From IMG/VR virus record IMGVR_UViG_3300048858_000134, positions 1 through 41,455 of that record: a stretch of DNA of 41,455 bases; one strand, given 5' to 3'. The notes beneath the pieces are model-generated. The model was not told the origin of the DNA. It saw only the letters and a list, made by a program, of their open reading frames with translations, and made no database searches. The translations under genes were made by a program, and so were the position numbers. Origin of the DNA: a virus (taxonomy: Duplodnaviria > Caudoviricetes). Below, piece by piece: positions 1 through 8,243 of the stretch (position 1 is the first letter of the stretch; every line of letters begins with the position of its first letter).

Positions 1-243
1 TCACGACCGTTCGGTAGGCGCCACGAGTGACGCGATGTCCACTCGGAGGGCGACGGCGAGGAGAGCGACCTCGTTGAGGTGGAACGAGCGGCTACCGTTC
101 AGAGCTCGCGCGAGCTGGGTACGCGAGATGCCAGTCCGCTCGGTCAGGTCGCGCCACGTGAGGCCCTGACGATGCATCTCGGCACGCACGTTGTCGGCGA
201 CAGTGCGACCGATCGCATCGACGGCTACGGGCTGGGTCTCCAT
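1..243 (-). CDS. XRE-family helix-turn-helix DNA-binding protein
   Basis: VRAEMHRQGLTWRDLTERTGISRTQLARALNG HTH pattern; TAGCCT 6 nt upstream of ATG. Confidence 0.85.
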   Translation of the reverse strand: METQPVAVDAIGRTVADNVRAEMHRQGLTWRDLTERTGISRTQLARALNGSRSFHLNEVALLAVALRVDIASLVAPTERS

Positions 244-359
244 GCACTGAGGCTACGGCGACCGACACCTGCCCCGTTCTCGCCCTGTGGATTGTCGGAG
301 GCGTCGTCGTACACTCGATGCTGCGCGGGCCGGCGCGCTCCCCAGTGAGAGGAGCAGCC

Positions 360-518
360 GTGACCGACGACATCTACCCCAGCAGAGTCGACCCTGGCCT
401 TGACGACTTCTACCGTCAACACGGCATGGAGCCATCCTGGACCCGTGTGTGGCGCAACGGGCGCGACGTCACCGATGAAGACCCGTCGACGTGGGTCTGG
501 CCGTGGGGAACGAATTAG
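360..518 (+). CDS. Small hypothetical protein (52 aa, Trp-rich)
   Basis: GAGAGGAG RBS before GTG at 360; stop abuts stop of convergent gene at 519. Confidence 0.6.
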   Translation: MTDDIYPSRVDPGLDDFYRQHGMEPSWTRVWRNGRDVTDEDPSTWVWPWGTN

Positions 519-746
519 CTACTTGCGTTCGGCCTTCCAGCGGCTGATCGTGTTCGTGGACATGCCTGTGAATTCCGCCAGGACACGCACAGACGCACCG
601 TGATCGGACGCTGCGAGCACGGCGTCGCGCACCTCGTCCGTCGCCTTCTCCCGGGCGCTCAGGGCGCTGCGGATGCGCTTCTCGTCCTCGGGGTCGAGGA
701 GCCGTTTCGGGTTGGGTGCCACACGGGCAACTGTAGCGGTCATCAC
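519..746 (-). CDS. Helix-turn-helix DNA-binding protein
   Basis: C-terminal GASVRVLAEFTGMSTNTISRW. Confidence 0.8.
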   Translation of the reverse strand: MMTATVARVAPNPKRLLDPEDEKRIRSALSAREKATDEVRDAVLAASDHGASVRVLAEFTGMSTNTISRWKAERK

Positions 747-751
747 TTCAC

Positions 752-1018
752 CTATCGGGTGATGGGGGTCCAGCCTTCATAGCTGTCCACCCATCCGCGT
801 TCGGCCCAGCACGGTGCGCAGAGGCGCAGATTGGCAAGATCGGCGCGTGCGTTGAAAGTGGCGGACTTCGCTACTGCAAGCAGCCATTCACCCGTGAATA
901 CGGTCAGGCAATCATCGCACTGGACCGCCCAGGGTGACATCCCTTTGATGCCGTGCACTTTACCCGTCATATCGGGCAACGGGGCCTGGGCGGGCGTTGC
1001 CGTGACGGCAAGTATCAC
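752..1018 (-). CDS. Hypothetical protein with two CxxC motifs (putative Zn-binding)
   Basis: GTG start in GTGA overlap with upstream ORF, GGAG RBS; CDDC and CAPC. Confidence 0.6.
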   Translation of the reverse strand: MILAVTATPAQAPLPDMTGKVHGIKGMSPWAVQCDDCLTVFTGEWLLAVAKSATFNARADLANLRLCAPCWAERGWVDSYEGWTPITR

Positions 1019-1191
1019 GCCGCCTTCTCCTCTACAGCCAGGCCGAGCGAGATGAGCCCCTCGGCTTCCTCCACACCGATCCGAAAGTTCCGGCCGCGGA
1101 AGAACTCCGTAGCGAAGCGACGACCGTTCTTGTCGGTACGAAACGTGACGTACTTGATGCGGCGGATGCTGGGGGTTTCTGTTGCGGTCAT
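1015..1191 (-). CDS. Hypothetical protein (58 aa, MTATETPSIRRIKYVTFR...), not in ORF track
   Basis: Translated by hand; directly behind a leaderless promoter and coupled to the next gene. Confidence 0.65.
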   Translation of the reverse strand: MTATETPSIRRIKYVTFRTDKNGRRFATEFFRGRNFRIGVEEAEGLISLGLAVEEKAA

Positions 1192-1226
1192 GGCTACAGT
1201 TTACGGTAGTGTAGTGATTGCCGCAA
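1192..1226 (-). promoter_or_regulatory. SigA-type leaderless promoter
   Basis: TTGCGG-17 nt-TAAACT-6 nt-ATG on the minus strand. Confidence 0.7.
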
Positions 1227-1242
1227 CACTTGGAGGTTTGCA

Positions 1243-1728
1243 ATGGAATGGCGACCGATCCCCGGACACCAAAACGTCTATGAAGTCAGCGAAGCCGGCC
1301 ACGTCCGCAACATCCGCACCGGGCACACGCTCACGCCCGTTATTCACCCCGGCGGCTACTGGACGTACAGCCTCGGGTACGTCGATCGCCGACGACACTC
1401 ATTCGCTCACCGACTTGTCGCGGCCGCGTTCATCGGAGACCCCGGTAACAGCGACCTCGTCCGCCACCTCGACGACAACCCAAACAACAACCACTGGACC
1501 AACCTCGCCTACGGCACACACAGCGACAATCTTCACGACGCCGTCCGCAACGGCCACCACCGCAACCAGAACACCCGGAAGACTCACTGCCAGGAAGGGC
1601 ACGAGTTCACCCCTGAGAACACCGCCTACGGCACCAAGGGCGATCGACGCTGCCGACAGTGCGTCCGCGTCTACACGCGACTCGCAGCACGCCGCCGACG
1701 CGCGCGACTACGCGACCAAGCCGCATAG
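1243..1728 (+). CDS. NUMOD4-HNH homing endonuclease
   Basis: EWRPIPG..YEVS..GHVR (NUMOD4); HRLVA, RHLDDNPNNN..NL (HNH); THC..GHEF Zn tail; GGAGG RBS. Confidence 0.9.
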   Translation: MEWRPIPGHQNVYEVSEAGHVRNIRTGHTLTPVIHPGGYWTYSLGYVDRRRHSFAHRLVAAAFIGDPGNSDLVRHLDDNPNNNHWTNLAYGTHSDNLHDAVRNGHHRNQNTRKTHCQEGHEFTPENTAYGTKGDRRCRQCVRVYTRLAARRRRARLRDQAA

Positions 1729-1900
1729 GGCGCTCGACTCGATCGACCGGAAGCTGCTCGGGTACTTCGATGACCTCCTGCAAGCCAATGCGTCCGTGCT
1801 GTACGACGTGCCCGACCCCGACTCGGTCGTGAAGGGGCAAGACGCGTTCGGAATGTACAAGGCTGCAGCCGGACCTCGGCCACAGCGGGTCGAGCCGTAG
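1729..1900 (+). pseudogene. Start-less 3' gene remnant
   Basis: Open frame with G/C-rich third codon positions and protein-like sequence, no own RBS/start after the HNH stop. Confidence 0.4.
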
Positions 1901-1912
1901 GAACGACGAATA

Positions 1913-1953
1913 GCCCCGCGCACCACCCCAGACAAGGGGGCGATGCGCGGGGC
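1913..1953. terminator. Terminator-like hairpin
   Basis: GCCCCGCGCA...TGCGCGGGGC stem; followed by TATTCGTCGTT on the minus strand. Confidence 0.6.
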
Positions 1954-1983
1954 AGATCGGGGAGGGCCGGTATTCTTTCGGTC

Positions 1984-2739
1984 ATGGCGAACAAACCAGG
2001 GGTACCGATGTGGCTCAAGCTCGCCGGACTCGCAGCATTGGCGGTGCTGTCATTCGGTCTTGCTGCGGCTGCCCTTCTCGCCCCACCGCCCGCATCCACT
2101 TACGTGCGGCCTCCGGCCACAGCAGGGCCTGTAGAAACCGAAGAACCCGACCCGACCACCGCCCTGTTCATCGGCGACTCTTACACCGCCGGCGCGGGAG
2201 CGTTGACAGGAAGCAACCGTTACACGACGGTCGTCGCACGGTCCCAGTCGTGGATCGAGTCGAACGTAGGGCGGGGAGGAACCGGGTACACGAGTTCGGT
2301 CTCCGGAGATGCCGCCGCAGACGCATGCAGGTTGGAATACTGCCCCGACTTCCGCGAGATGATCCCCGAAGCCGTTGCTGCGGACCCGGACATTGTCATC
2401 GTCGGCGGTGGACGCAATGATGCCGACGAAGACGTCTCGACCGAAGCGGACGCTATCACCGCTTTCTACACGGACCTACGCGCGGCGCTTCCTGACGCGC
2501 AGCTCATAGCCACGTCTCCGCTCTGGGATGACGAGACCGCACCTGAAGAGCTCGAAGAAATAAGCGCGGCCGTCCGCGGGGCGATCGAATCGGTCGGTGG
2601 CGTGTACCTCGATATCGGACAGCCTCTTCAGGGCAAGGCCGAGCTGATGTCACCAGACGGAGTCCACCCGAACGACGAGGGACACAAAGCGATCGGTGCC
2701 GCCATCGCCGCTCAGTTGGAAGCGTCCGACGCCTTCTGA
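1984..2739 (+). CDS. Membrane-anchored or exported SGNH/GDSL hydrolase
   Basis: N-terminal hydrophobic helix, Pro-rich linker, blocks GDSYT, GRGG, GGRND, DGVHP. Confidence 0.9.
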   Translation: MANKPGVPMWLKLAGLAALAVLSFGLAAAALLAPPPASTYVRPPATAGPVETEEPDPTTALFIGDSYTAGAGALTGSNRYTTVVARSQSWIESNVGRGGTGYTSSVSGDAAADACRLEYCPDFREMIPEAVAADPDIVIVGGGRNDADEDVSTEADAITAFYTDLRAALPDAQLIATSPLWDDETAPEELEEISAAVRGAIESVGGVYLDIGQPLQGKAELMSPDGVHPNDEGHKAIGAAIAAQLEASDAF

Positions 2740-2749
2740 CGAGGTCGGT

Positions 2750-4621
2750 TTAGATGTTGATCATTGCCGAACCCCAGTTGTACTCGGTGGCATCGCCGCG
2801 GGCGGTCAGGTTGAGGACCCCGATCGCGCCAAAACGGAACTTAACGCGCTTCCCGGTGGGCAGAGCGGCGCTGCACCAGAGGGTCACGTTCGTTGCCCCC
2901 GCCGGAACGACGAAACGGTAGGCGATCGGCCCGATGTTGCGGACCGTTGGCGCGTCAGGCATGGCCAGCCCTGGGTTGCGCAGAAGCATCCCCTGACCGA
3001 TACCCGCGCCCGTGTTGCTGTTGATGAGATTGAACCCGACAAGCGCAGTACCCGCTCGGACGTCGGATACCCACGTCCCGGTCAGATCCTCCACCTGGAC
3101 GTGCAGCGTAACGAGGAGCACGTCACCTGCAGTTACCGCCATGCCGTGTGACGCCTGCCGCCGGACACCGCCGGCCGTTGCGTTGAAGTCCATCTGTGCC
3201 CACCGCCCGGCGGGGAGCACGCCTGAGGTGTCGGTTACCAGCGAGTATGTGGGCGCTGTTCCCGTACCGCCGGGCCACTCGAACCAGCCTGAGGGTGCCG
3301 TCGCGCCGGTGGCGGCGAGGGGGTCCGTGATCAGGTTCCCGGCCGCCTTGGTCCGGATCAGACCGATCTTTGATGTGGGAGTGAGCCCCGCCGCTCGGCG
3401 CATCGCCGAAGCGACCTCGAGCGCGATCCGGATGTGACCTTCGTCGTTCGGGTGTGTGCCGTCCGTGTCGTACGCGGCCGTGAGATACCCGGTGGTGGTG
3501 TCGACGAGTGTCGAGTAGACGTCAGCGAGTTCGCATCCGAACGCAGGTGCAGCGCGGCGGATCCAGTCGTTGTACGCCGCAACGCGCGCATGCGACGCGG
3601 CGGTGTGGGTGGAACCGAGAGGCGGGACCGTGCACATCACGACCGGCACACCCGCCGTCTTCGATGTCGTGACGATCTCGGTGATGTTTGCCTTGAACGT
3701 CGCGAGAGGCACGCTCCCCGCGTCGTTCGTGCCGGCGAGAAGCACCAGCGCCTCGACGCCCATCGCCAGGAGTCCGGGCAGCCTTGCCAGCATTTGCGCC
3801 GATGTGTTACCCGGCACGCCCGCTTCGATCGAGTCGGGGCGAGCGACTAGGCCACCGACCATCGCGACGGCTTCTGCCGGATAAGAGTAGGAGAAGTTCG
3901 TAGCTGCGGAGCCGTTCGTGATCGAGTCACCGAGGAATCCGTAGAGGGCCCCGGGCGCGACGAGGGCCGCGCCGGACACTGCCGCCAAACTGGTCGGCGA
4001 CACGTAGTCAGGCAACTGGGTGTCAGGGACCTTCGCGGCACCGTCGAGTTGCGCGACCCCACCGGCGACACCGGGTGCGATCGATGCTGCAGCCGCCTCG
4101 GCGTCATCGCGCGCCGCCTCAGCACCGGCACGCCCCGCAGCGACTTCAGCCAGCACCTGCTGCAACGCTTCGAGCTCGGCCGGCGTGGACGGGGCCACCT
4201 CAATGATGTCCGTCCACTGCAACGGGTTCGCCGATGTCGACGGGAGAGGCACGAACGTCTTAGACCGTTGCGTGAACCCCGCACCCGAAACAGTGACCGT
4301 GACCTTCCACGGCTCACCCGGCGCAGCAGACCCCGGAGACAACGACGGCGACGGTGCGACAAACGCGATCCACGGATTCCCCTGCCCATCCGTGATCCGA
4401 CCCTGCGTGTCCGTGAACGTGTCAATGTCAGCGAGGATGAACTCCTGATCCGACGCACGATGCGTCACCGGAAGATCCTTCGGCAACGCACGAACCTTCA
4501 CGTTCAACCCGGCGTACGGGACACTGTCCGGACGCGAACCAGGATCGAAACTATCGATCACCGCGGCCGCGAACTGCCCAGCGAGATAACAGATGTTGAT
4601 GTCTTCGGGCAGATCAGCCAC
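2750..4621 (-). CDS. Minor tail / receptor-binding protein with SGNH hydrolase domain
   Basis: Beta-rich N-terminus, Ala-rich linker, GVAQLDGAAKVP tail-fibre-like motif, GDSIT/AGTND/DGTHP, C-terminal beta-rich domain; late-strand orientation. Confidence 0.75.
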   Translation of the reverse strand: MADLPEDINICYLAGQFAAAVIDSFDPGSRPDSVPYAGLNVKVRALPKDLPVTHRASDQEFILADIDTFTDTQGRITDGQGNPWIAFVAPSPSLSPGSAAPGEPWKVTVTVSGAGFTQRSKTFVPLPSTSANPLQWTDIIEVAPSTPAELEALQQVLAEVAAGRAGAEAARDDAEAAAASIAPGVAGGVAQLDGAAKVPDTQLPDYVSPTSLAAVSGAALVAPGALYGFLGDSITNGSAATNFSYSYPAEAVAMVGGLVARPDSIEAGVPGNTSAQMLARLPGLLAMGVEALVLLAGTNDAGSVPLATFKANITEIVTTSKTAGVPVVMCTVPPLGSTHTAASHARVAAYNDWIRRAAPAFGCELADVYSTLVDTTTGYLTAAYDTDGTHPNDEGHIRIALEVASAMRRAAGLTPTSKIGLIRTKAAGNLITDPLAATGATAPSGWFEWPGGTGTAPTYSLVTDTSGVLPAGRWAQMDFNATAGGVRRQASHGMAVTAGDVLLVTLHVQVEDLTGTWVSDVRAGTALVGFNLINSNTGAGIGQGMLLRNPGLAMPDAPTVRNIGPIAYRFVVPAGATNVTLWCSAALPTGKRVKFRFGAIGVLNLTARGDATEYNWGSAMINI

Positions 4622-4626
4622 GGCGT

Positions 4627-4662
4627 CTCCTTAAACGAAAAACGCCGCCCCGTAGGACAGCG
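4627..4662 (-). terminator. Hairpin + U-tract fused to RBS
   Basis: CGCTGTCC-TACG-GGGCGGCG-TTTTT-CGTTTAAGGAG. Confidence 0.65.
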
Positions 4663-4684
4663 AAGTAAACAAGATAAATAGCGT

Positions 4685-4927
4685 TTAGTGGCTCGTGGGG
4701 TCGAGCTTCTCCGCCGACGTCAGCGAGGGAGAACCATCCGTCGCGGCAGCGGACACGATCGACGTCAGCACGGACGCAACAGCACCCGCTCCAGCGACCG
4801 AACCGAGGGCGACCCAATCGAGCTCGAGCAGACCCGTCGTCCCGATAACGAAGTACGAGAGTGCGACCTGAGCGAACGTCTTCACGGCACGCTCAAACGC
4901 GGCCTTCCAGAAAGTGAGAGTGAACAT
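4685..4927 (-). CDS. Holin (r1t-like)
   Basis: FWKAAFERAVKTFAQ signature, two hydrophobic segments, end of lysis cassette. Confidence 0.85.
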   Translation of the reverse strand: MFTLTFWKAAFERAVKTFAQVALSYFVIGTTGLLELDWVALGSVAGAGAVASVLTSIVSAAATDGSPSLTSAEKLDPTSH

Positions 4928-5358
4928 CAATGCTCCTTGAACAGTAGGTTTCGGGGGATCGTGTTTTCGAGCAGAGAACGTTCCTGCTCAGTGAGTGAAG
5001 GCTTCGGGTGTCCGTCCTCCCACGCACGCTCCACACGCCCCACAAAGGCCGTGAACGCGGTACGCAGGTCGGACAGCAACGTGTTGGTCTTCTCCAACTC
5101 AGACGCCTGAGAATTGATCGTCTTCTGCTTGTCCGTGTCGGACTTCTCGAGCCTGTCGACGATGCCCTCAAGCTTCTCCACACGTTCGTAGAGTCGCTCG
5201 AGCTCGACACGGCGACGCTCCGCGATGCGGTCATCCACATCAACCTCGAGGACAGTGTCCGCGTGACGTTTCGCCCACCAATCACGGAGCAGAACAAACG
5301 CGCCCAACGTCAACGACACGAACAGGGCGGCCGCGCTTAGTAGTTGTTCGAAGGTCAT
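4927..5358 (-). CDS. Lysis-cassette membrane protein (1 TM + coiled coil)
   Basis: N-terminal TM, heptad-rich body; ATGA overlap and GGAGG RBS. Confidence 0.7.
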   Translation of the reverse strand: MTFEQLLSAAALFVSLTLGAFVLLRDWWAKRHADTVLEVDVDDRIAERRRVELERLYERVEKLEGIVDRLEKSDTDKQKTINSQASELEKTNTLLSDLRTAFTAFVGRVERAWEDGHPKPSLTEQERSLLENTIPRNLLFKEH

Positions 5359-5825
5359 GAGGCCTGCCTCCGTTTGATGCGTTTCTTCCACGAACGACCC
5401 GAGATGTGGAAGATCCGCCAGATGGGGAGGAGCACGAGGTTGCAAACAAGACCAGCAGTGGGGGCGATCTGCGGGTCCTGAGCCCCTCGGTAAATGAAGA
5501 CGAGGATGTACACCGACACTGTGCCGACGAGGGCGAGCTTCGAGAACAACTCAAAGCGCCTAAGCTTCGGGAACGCCACACCCACCAACGCCCCGAATGC
5601 GGATACGGCAAGGCACAATGACCACCACAACTGCCACCGTTCGCTCGTGAGGCCCTCTACGCTTCCGATCCCGTTCGTGAATCCGACGGCACCGAACCAC
5701 AGGAAGAACACATCAGTCAGGGGAAGCACCCAGCGGAAGATCCCACGGACCTCCCACAAGTCCTCAGGGACCCCGCCAGGGGCCCACACCGTCTGCGCGT
5801 ACAGTCGTTTCAGCCACCGCTTCAT
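5355..5825 (-). CDS. Lysis-cassette multi-pass membrane protein (about 4 TM, holin-like)
   Basis: Four hydrophobic segments, basic C-tail, directly after endolysin. Confidence 0.7.
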   Translation of the reverse strand: MKRWLKRLYAQTVWAPGGVPEDLWEVRGIFRWVLPLTDVFFLWFGAVGFTNGIGSVEGLTSERWQLWWSLCLAVSAFGALVGVAFPKLRRFELFSKLALVGTVSVYILVFIYRGAQDPQIAPTAGLVCNLVLLPIWRIFHISGRSWKKRIKRRQAS

Positions 5826-5842
5826 GCGGTCCCCCCAATGTC

Positions 5843-6646
5843 TCAGCTGTTCGGCTTCAGGATCAGCGTCCGCCCTGCCGGGGGGATCAGCTCCGGCGGG
5901 ATCCCGCACGAGTTCGCGAGGACTGTCACCTCACCCCAGTCCTTGACCTCGAGGTAGTCGGAACGGGCGTTGTAGAACTTCTGCGCCGTCTCCGCGTTCT
6001 CGGGCGAAGAGAACGAATGCGCGAACCCGGGGGCGAGCACACCCGCCCAACCAGGGCGGGAACCGCTCTTGCTCATGTTGCGAACCATCATGTCGTTCTG
6101 GCCTCTCTGCTGGGCCGCGGCAGGAACGGCCGGCGGTGGTGTCTCAATGGGGGTTGGGCGGGGAGTGTTCTGTTGCGTCGGTGTCGTGGAGCTCGCGGAA
6201 CCGAGCGCCCGTTGACGACCGGACGTGATCCGCATCTTTACGACACGGTCGATGTGCCACGGTTCACCAGACACGTTGAACGCGAACCCGTACAGGGAAG
6301 CGTTCGTCCGAGCCCACTCCGCCATCTGCCTGTTGTACGACCACTCAAAGGACCGCACATCAGCCGCATACCCGCGCTCATGACGTGACGTTCCAGGTGT
6401 CGCAACGGTCGTCGTCATCCCGGGACGTTTCTCCCACCAGGACCCGTCCCACCACTTACCTGTGTTCCGGTTCGTGCGCCGGTAGTACTTGCTCAGCAAC
6501 CGGATCTGCTCAGCCGTGTCACGCGTCGCCCACGTCACCCGAATATCCACACCAAACCGGGCATGAAACGCGTAATTCATCAGCATGAACTGACGGGCCG
6601 TCACCGACTCGAGCTTGAAACCCTCACCGATCCCGACGTAACCCAT
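5843..6646 (-). CDS. Endolysin, peptidase M15 family
   Basis: PGTSRHERGYAAD (SxHxxGxAxD) and EPWH Zn motifs; Pro/Thr linker; C-terminal domain. Confidence 0.85.
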   Translation of the reverse strand: MGYVGIGEGFKLESVTARQFMLMNYAFHARFGVDIRVTWATRDTAEQIRLLSKYYRRTNRNTGKWWDGSWWEKRPGMTTTVATPGTSRHERGYAADVRSFEWSYNRQMAEWARTNASLYGFAFNVSGEPWHIDRVVKMRITSGRQRALGSASSTTPTQQNTPRPTPIETPPPAVPAAAQQRGQNDMMVRNMSKSGSRPGWAGVLAPGFAHSFSSPENAETAQKFYNARSDYLEVKDWGEVTVLANSCGIPPELIPPAGRTLILKPNS

Positions 6647-7281
6647 CAGGCATGCACCCACTCCACCGACAGTTGCCCGCCATAGTTCAGAGTTGACCCC
6701 GAATCCTGCTGCAACGTCACCCGGAGCGCGTCGCCCTGATTCAGGCGACGCAACCCAGACGCCGACATGAACGACTCACCATTCGCCGGCTTACGATCAC
6801 CAAGACGGGGCGACATCGACGCGTTGTTACGAGTGATCTCCGCAGCGCGCGCACCATTCGAGTTGCTCGTCCAGCTCAGGTTCAACTCGACCCGGTACAT
6901 GCCCGTACGGCCGATGATGATCGCGTTCGTACCCACCGACGCGATAGACGCATCACTGATCGAGTTCGACCCCGACGTCGTCGCATCCGGCGACTGACCA
7001 GAAGCGAACGAACCCGCCAACCCCGCCAAACACGTTTGCGCGGACATCGGAATCCACGAACCCAAACGCCGCGTGTAAAGGCCACGCACCGCCTGCACAA
7101 AGATCGTGCGCCCAACCCACGTGCCCGTCTCAGGCAGGTCACTTACGTTCTCGTCTTCCTCACCGATAAGAGGGGCGATGTCGTCGACCACCTCTGTCAG
7201 GTCGGTACCAAACGTCGGCGCGGACGTCATCGGGTACCGGCCCAGGGACGTGATCCGGGTGTTGTTTCCACTGCGTGCCAT
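6646..7281 (-). CDS. Minor tail protein
   Basis: Position; C-terminal beta-rich domain (GMYRVELNL, LNQGDALRVTLQQDSG). Confidence 0.7.
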   Translation of the reverse strand: MARSGNNTRITSLGRYPMTSAPTFGTDLTEVVDDIAPLIGEEDENVSDLPETGTWVGRTIFVQAVRGLYTRRLGSWIPMSAQTCLAGLAGSFASGQSPDATTSGSNSISDASIASVGTNAIIIGRTGMYRVELNLSWTSNSNGARAAEITRNNASMSPRLGDRKPANGESFMSASGLRRLNQGDALRVTLQQDSGSTLNYGGQLSVEWVHA

Positions 7282-7288
7282 GCGGGTG

Positions 7289-7320
7289 CTCCTTAAACAC
7301 GAAAAGCCCCCGCAGGGGCT
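7289..7320 (-). terminator. Hairpin + U-tract fused to RBS
   Basis: AGCCCC-TGCG-GGGGCT-TTT-CGTGTTTAAGGAG. Confidence 0.65.
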
Positions 7321-7337
7321 CGAAGAGAAGATCCGTC

Positions 7338-8243
7338 TTAGACGGTGAAAGTGATGCGGATGCGACCCGACTGCGCCGACGAACGACGAGAACGGAACTT
7401 ATGCAGGCCACCGTGGTTCGTCGCCAAACCCTTAGCAGAACCCGTCTTCAACAGGTCGCCGTACGAGTTCGGGACCGTCCGCCAACCAGTGCCCCGAGGA
7501 ATATCAGACGCACCAGTGACCGTGACATTCCCCGACTTCGACCCCAACGTGTGCGTGCCGATCGTCGCCAACGAAGACGGAAACGAATTCTGGAACTCCT
7601 GCACGTACACCTGAACCTGATCGATCTGCGCATCATCAGGGATCGAGTTCGCGATCTGGTTCCCGTAGAACCACGCACCAATCGTGTTAGCCCCACACCA
7701 CACGTCGTCGGTCCACCAGTTCCCCGACCCAGACGCACCAGAACCGTTCTGCGACCCCGAATCCGTGGCCGCGAAATACAACGTCTGCTGCCGTGGTGCC
7801 GCACCGTTATCCGACTCCGCAGGGGGAACGTACGTGGACGTGGGAGTGTCGTCCTGGTCGCCCAGAACAATGCCGCCGTTCGCCCACAGAATCGTCACCT
7901 GATCATTCACCGCCGGCTCGAGATACGACGACAACCGCGGCAACGACACCACCGTGCCATCAGACAACTGAACATCCAGGCGCGGCGAACCAGTACCAGT
8001 GACCTTCCCGTACGCCGGCCGCGGCTTCACCGGGCCCAACATCAGAGTCACACCAGCGACAAGGCACCGCACATACTCACCCGGCAGAGGCGCGTAGAAC
8101 CCCGCCGAGTACACCTGCACGAGACCCTGACCGAAGTCCACCATCACAGTGCCGTCAGGGTTCGTCTGCGCATACTGGCCCGTCGTCACACGGACAGGTT
8201 CGATCCCAGCGAGGCTTTCAGTGACAGCCTCCGCGAACGTCAC
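7338..8243 (-). CDS. Minor tail protein
   Basis: Third gene after tape measure; Gly/Ser/Thr-rich. Confidence 0.75.
   Translation of the reverse strand: MTFAEAVTESLAGIEPVRVTTGQYAQTNPDGTVMVDFGQGLVQVYSAGFYAPLPGEYVRCLVAGVTLMLGPVKPRPAYGKVTGTGSPRLDVQLSDGTVVSLPRLSSYLEPAVNDQVTILWANGGIVLGDQDDTPTSTYVPPAESDNGAAPRQQTLYFAATDSGSQNGSGASGSGNWWTDDVWCGANTIGAWFYGNQIANSIPDDAQIDQVQVYVQEFQNSFPSSLATIGTHTLGSKSGNVTVTGASDIPRGTGWRTVPNSYGDLLKTGSAKGLATNHGGLHKFRSRRSSAQSGRIRITFTV

Noticed and set aside
953-1900. 315-aa plus-strand ORF
   Set aside because: Mostly an alternate frame of the HNH gene (Thr/Ala/Ser-rich shadow) and overlaps minus-strand genes; only the last 56 or so codons look genuine
1984-3960. Recent duplication as origin of the two SGNH domains
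   Set aside because: Similarity is limited to catalytic blocks; other regions are clearly divergent
2750-8243. Diversity-generating retroelement or invertible tail-fibre switch
   Set aside because: No reverse transcriptase, invertase or template/variable repeat pair seen
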